Assembly: GCF_006345805.1 (NCBI RefSeq)
Contig: NC_042998.1
Span: 165,726,001-165,790,000, forward strand
Direction: 5' to 3'
DNA from: Octopus sinensis
Lineage: Eukaryota
DNA length: 64,000 bases
Part shown: piece by piece, positions 62,061-64,000 of the stretch
Layout of the letters: each line of letters starts with the position of its first letter
Numbering within the stretch: the first letter of the stretch is position 1
Notes under the pieces: generated by a model
What the model was told of the DNA's origin: nothing
The model's input: only the letters and a program-made list of their open reading frames with translations
The model's database searches: none
Position numbers and translations under genes: made by a program

Positions 62061-64000
62061 AAACAAATTTTACATCAGCATAAACAAAGCAAATCAGTTT
62101 CAAATGAGAATCAAAACCAGGACATAGATAACTACAGTTTATTGCCAAGTTGAAGTAGTAGTAGCGGCAGTGTTGGTAGTTTTAGTGGTACCAGTAGTAG
62201 TATAATGATTTTTTCCAGAGCCACTAGGCATTAGATTTATATGTAAAAGAAATTATATGCTATAATGTTCATACTTTTACTAAAAATAATAATACAGTAT
62301 GTGTAATAGAAATGTTTAAATCTATTATACACCTCTTATGGAAAGAATTTCTTTTAAGCTCCTAATGCACTAGAGTTCACTTCCAAAAGGTTAAAAATTT
62401 GGTTCTTTTAAAATTATTACTAACAATTACAGTAGAAAACCAGTAAACTATATTTTCACTGGTGATTCACACTAAGAGATATCTTAATGATATCAGGTAT
62501 TTTATATCAAAATTTCAGCTAATTATTCTAATCATTTTTAAAATTTCTCTTCTTAATAACTGCAAAAATTATGTTTAATTTGATGGTGTTTTATTTTGTT
62601 ATATTATGTCGTGGATATGACTTTAAACTGTATCTGGTAGTGGGGTTCTGGTTCAGGAGTTCCTGGGTTTCGAAGAGTGTGGAACCACCTCTTAGCTATT
62701 ACAATTCCCAGGTCTACTCTGACCCAGGTGCCAGCTATGGGTTGATTGGCATATTAGGGGTTGCCTATCAATGCATATGAAGACTAGATTGCACAGGCTG
62801 TGGAAGAAACCTTCATGGCTCAACAGAGGGGAAAGTAGTTGCATTAGTGCATTGTGAATTGCAAAGAGCATAAGACAATTAAGATATCTTGATCATCTAC
62901 TGCTTCTATCTCTATCTCCAGTTGTCTTGACTTGGTCTTGCCACTGGATTGAAGATAGACACAGACAAGAGAGTCAGGTTGATGGTGCACAACTCTTCTT
63001 CACATTAAACAAAGTCACTGTACAAGTCATCAATCATCCCTAAGGGTGACAAGATGCTCCTCAACACTTCAACAGATAAATGTGATTTTATTTTATATAG
63101 AAACACTTCCAATTCATTTTTTTTTTTTTTTTCATCACCTCTTCTGTACCTCATCTCCCAGATCCTGTACAAAATGCTCAATCCTTCTCTAGATCTCTCT
63201 TCATTTAGAATTCCCTTCACTCAAACATTTTTTTTCTTTCTATTTTTTTAATCATTAAAAGCGCAAGCCAAATATTACCCATATTAATCTCAGTTATTCT
63301 GAATAATTAATCTAAAAAAAAACTATAGGCCCTCTTTAATAAAGAATGGGGAAAATTAAAGGAAATAGACAGGGTAAGGAATCATTTTCAGTGATACATT
63401 TATGAAGTGTCAAGCCTTAATGAAGCTCACCTACCCACAATAGGTACTCTGGAGATCTGATAGCATCATCTGGATCCAGTTATATAGGCACAATGACGAT
63501 GATGATAAGTTCAAACTCAAACAAATGGCAGTGGAGCTCTATGGCAGTAAAATAAGAGCTAACTGATTTCTTGGTTCTGACCAAACAGTACAGACCCAGA
63601 AATTAAACCCAAAGAGCCATTCTGCTCTGTAGAGGAAAGTAAACAAATTACATTAGCACAAAATACAAAACAGTATCCACATCAATAACAACAACAACAG
63701 CAACAATTCTAACATTTTATTTATGAAGAAAATTTAACATTTTTGTTATTTTGTTTTTTGGAGGGACATGATTGTTTTATATGGAATTATTTAGGATACT
63801 AATGTAATTGCTATCCCACTTTCACTAAAAATATTTCAGGTGCAGTACCTACATGAACTTACTTCTTGATTTCTTAACTTTTTTTTGACACCTTTCTCTC
63901 TTTCCCTCCCCTCTCTTTTTCCTTCTCATTTCTTCTCACTTCCCTTCTTTCTCTCAAAGATGTAACAACTGCAAGTAATACATTTATTGCTGAAGACCTG

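Noticed and set aside
63431-63538. Minus-strand 108-nt segment with plausible acceptor and GTGAGC donor
   Set aside because: Stop codons in all three frames and no ARL6IP1 similarity. It could only be non-coding, and there is no other support.

Overview
AT-rich, microsatellite-dense eukaryotic genomic DNA. The SINE/LINE repertoire looks like an octopod cephalopod (Octopus); this is an inference and no search was run. Two spliced protein-coding genes are partly visible and converge. (1) On the + strand, the last three exons of an S1 (trypsin-fold) serine protease (6602-6776, 9726-9868, 10171-10353) carry catalytic Asp and Ser and an unusual, probably occluded S1 pocket. (2) On the - strand, the last four coding exons of ARL6IP1 (44654-44538, 41798-41681, 35562-35478, 32482-32361). 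I could not find the 5' exons of either gene in the window. The rest is repeats: two 5'-truncated Penelope-like elements bounded by inverted terminal repeats, several long fold-back palindromes, and degenerate RTE (with a PHD finger), R4/Dong-like and CR1-like LINEs. There are also three tRNA-headed SINE families, hAT, Tc1/mariner and TTAA-type MITEs, and a degenerate 28S rRNA fragment inside a protease intron. The most interesting signals are minimal hammerhead-ribozyme-like motifs in the fold-back and Penelope termini, mirrored on both strands in the palindromes, and a CpG-decay boundary near 19.4 kb that suggests a methylated or transcribed domain extending about 13 kb past the ARL6IP1 stop. 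Repeat coordinates are approximate and were read by eye.
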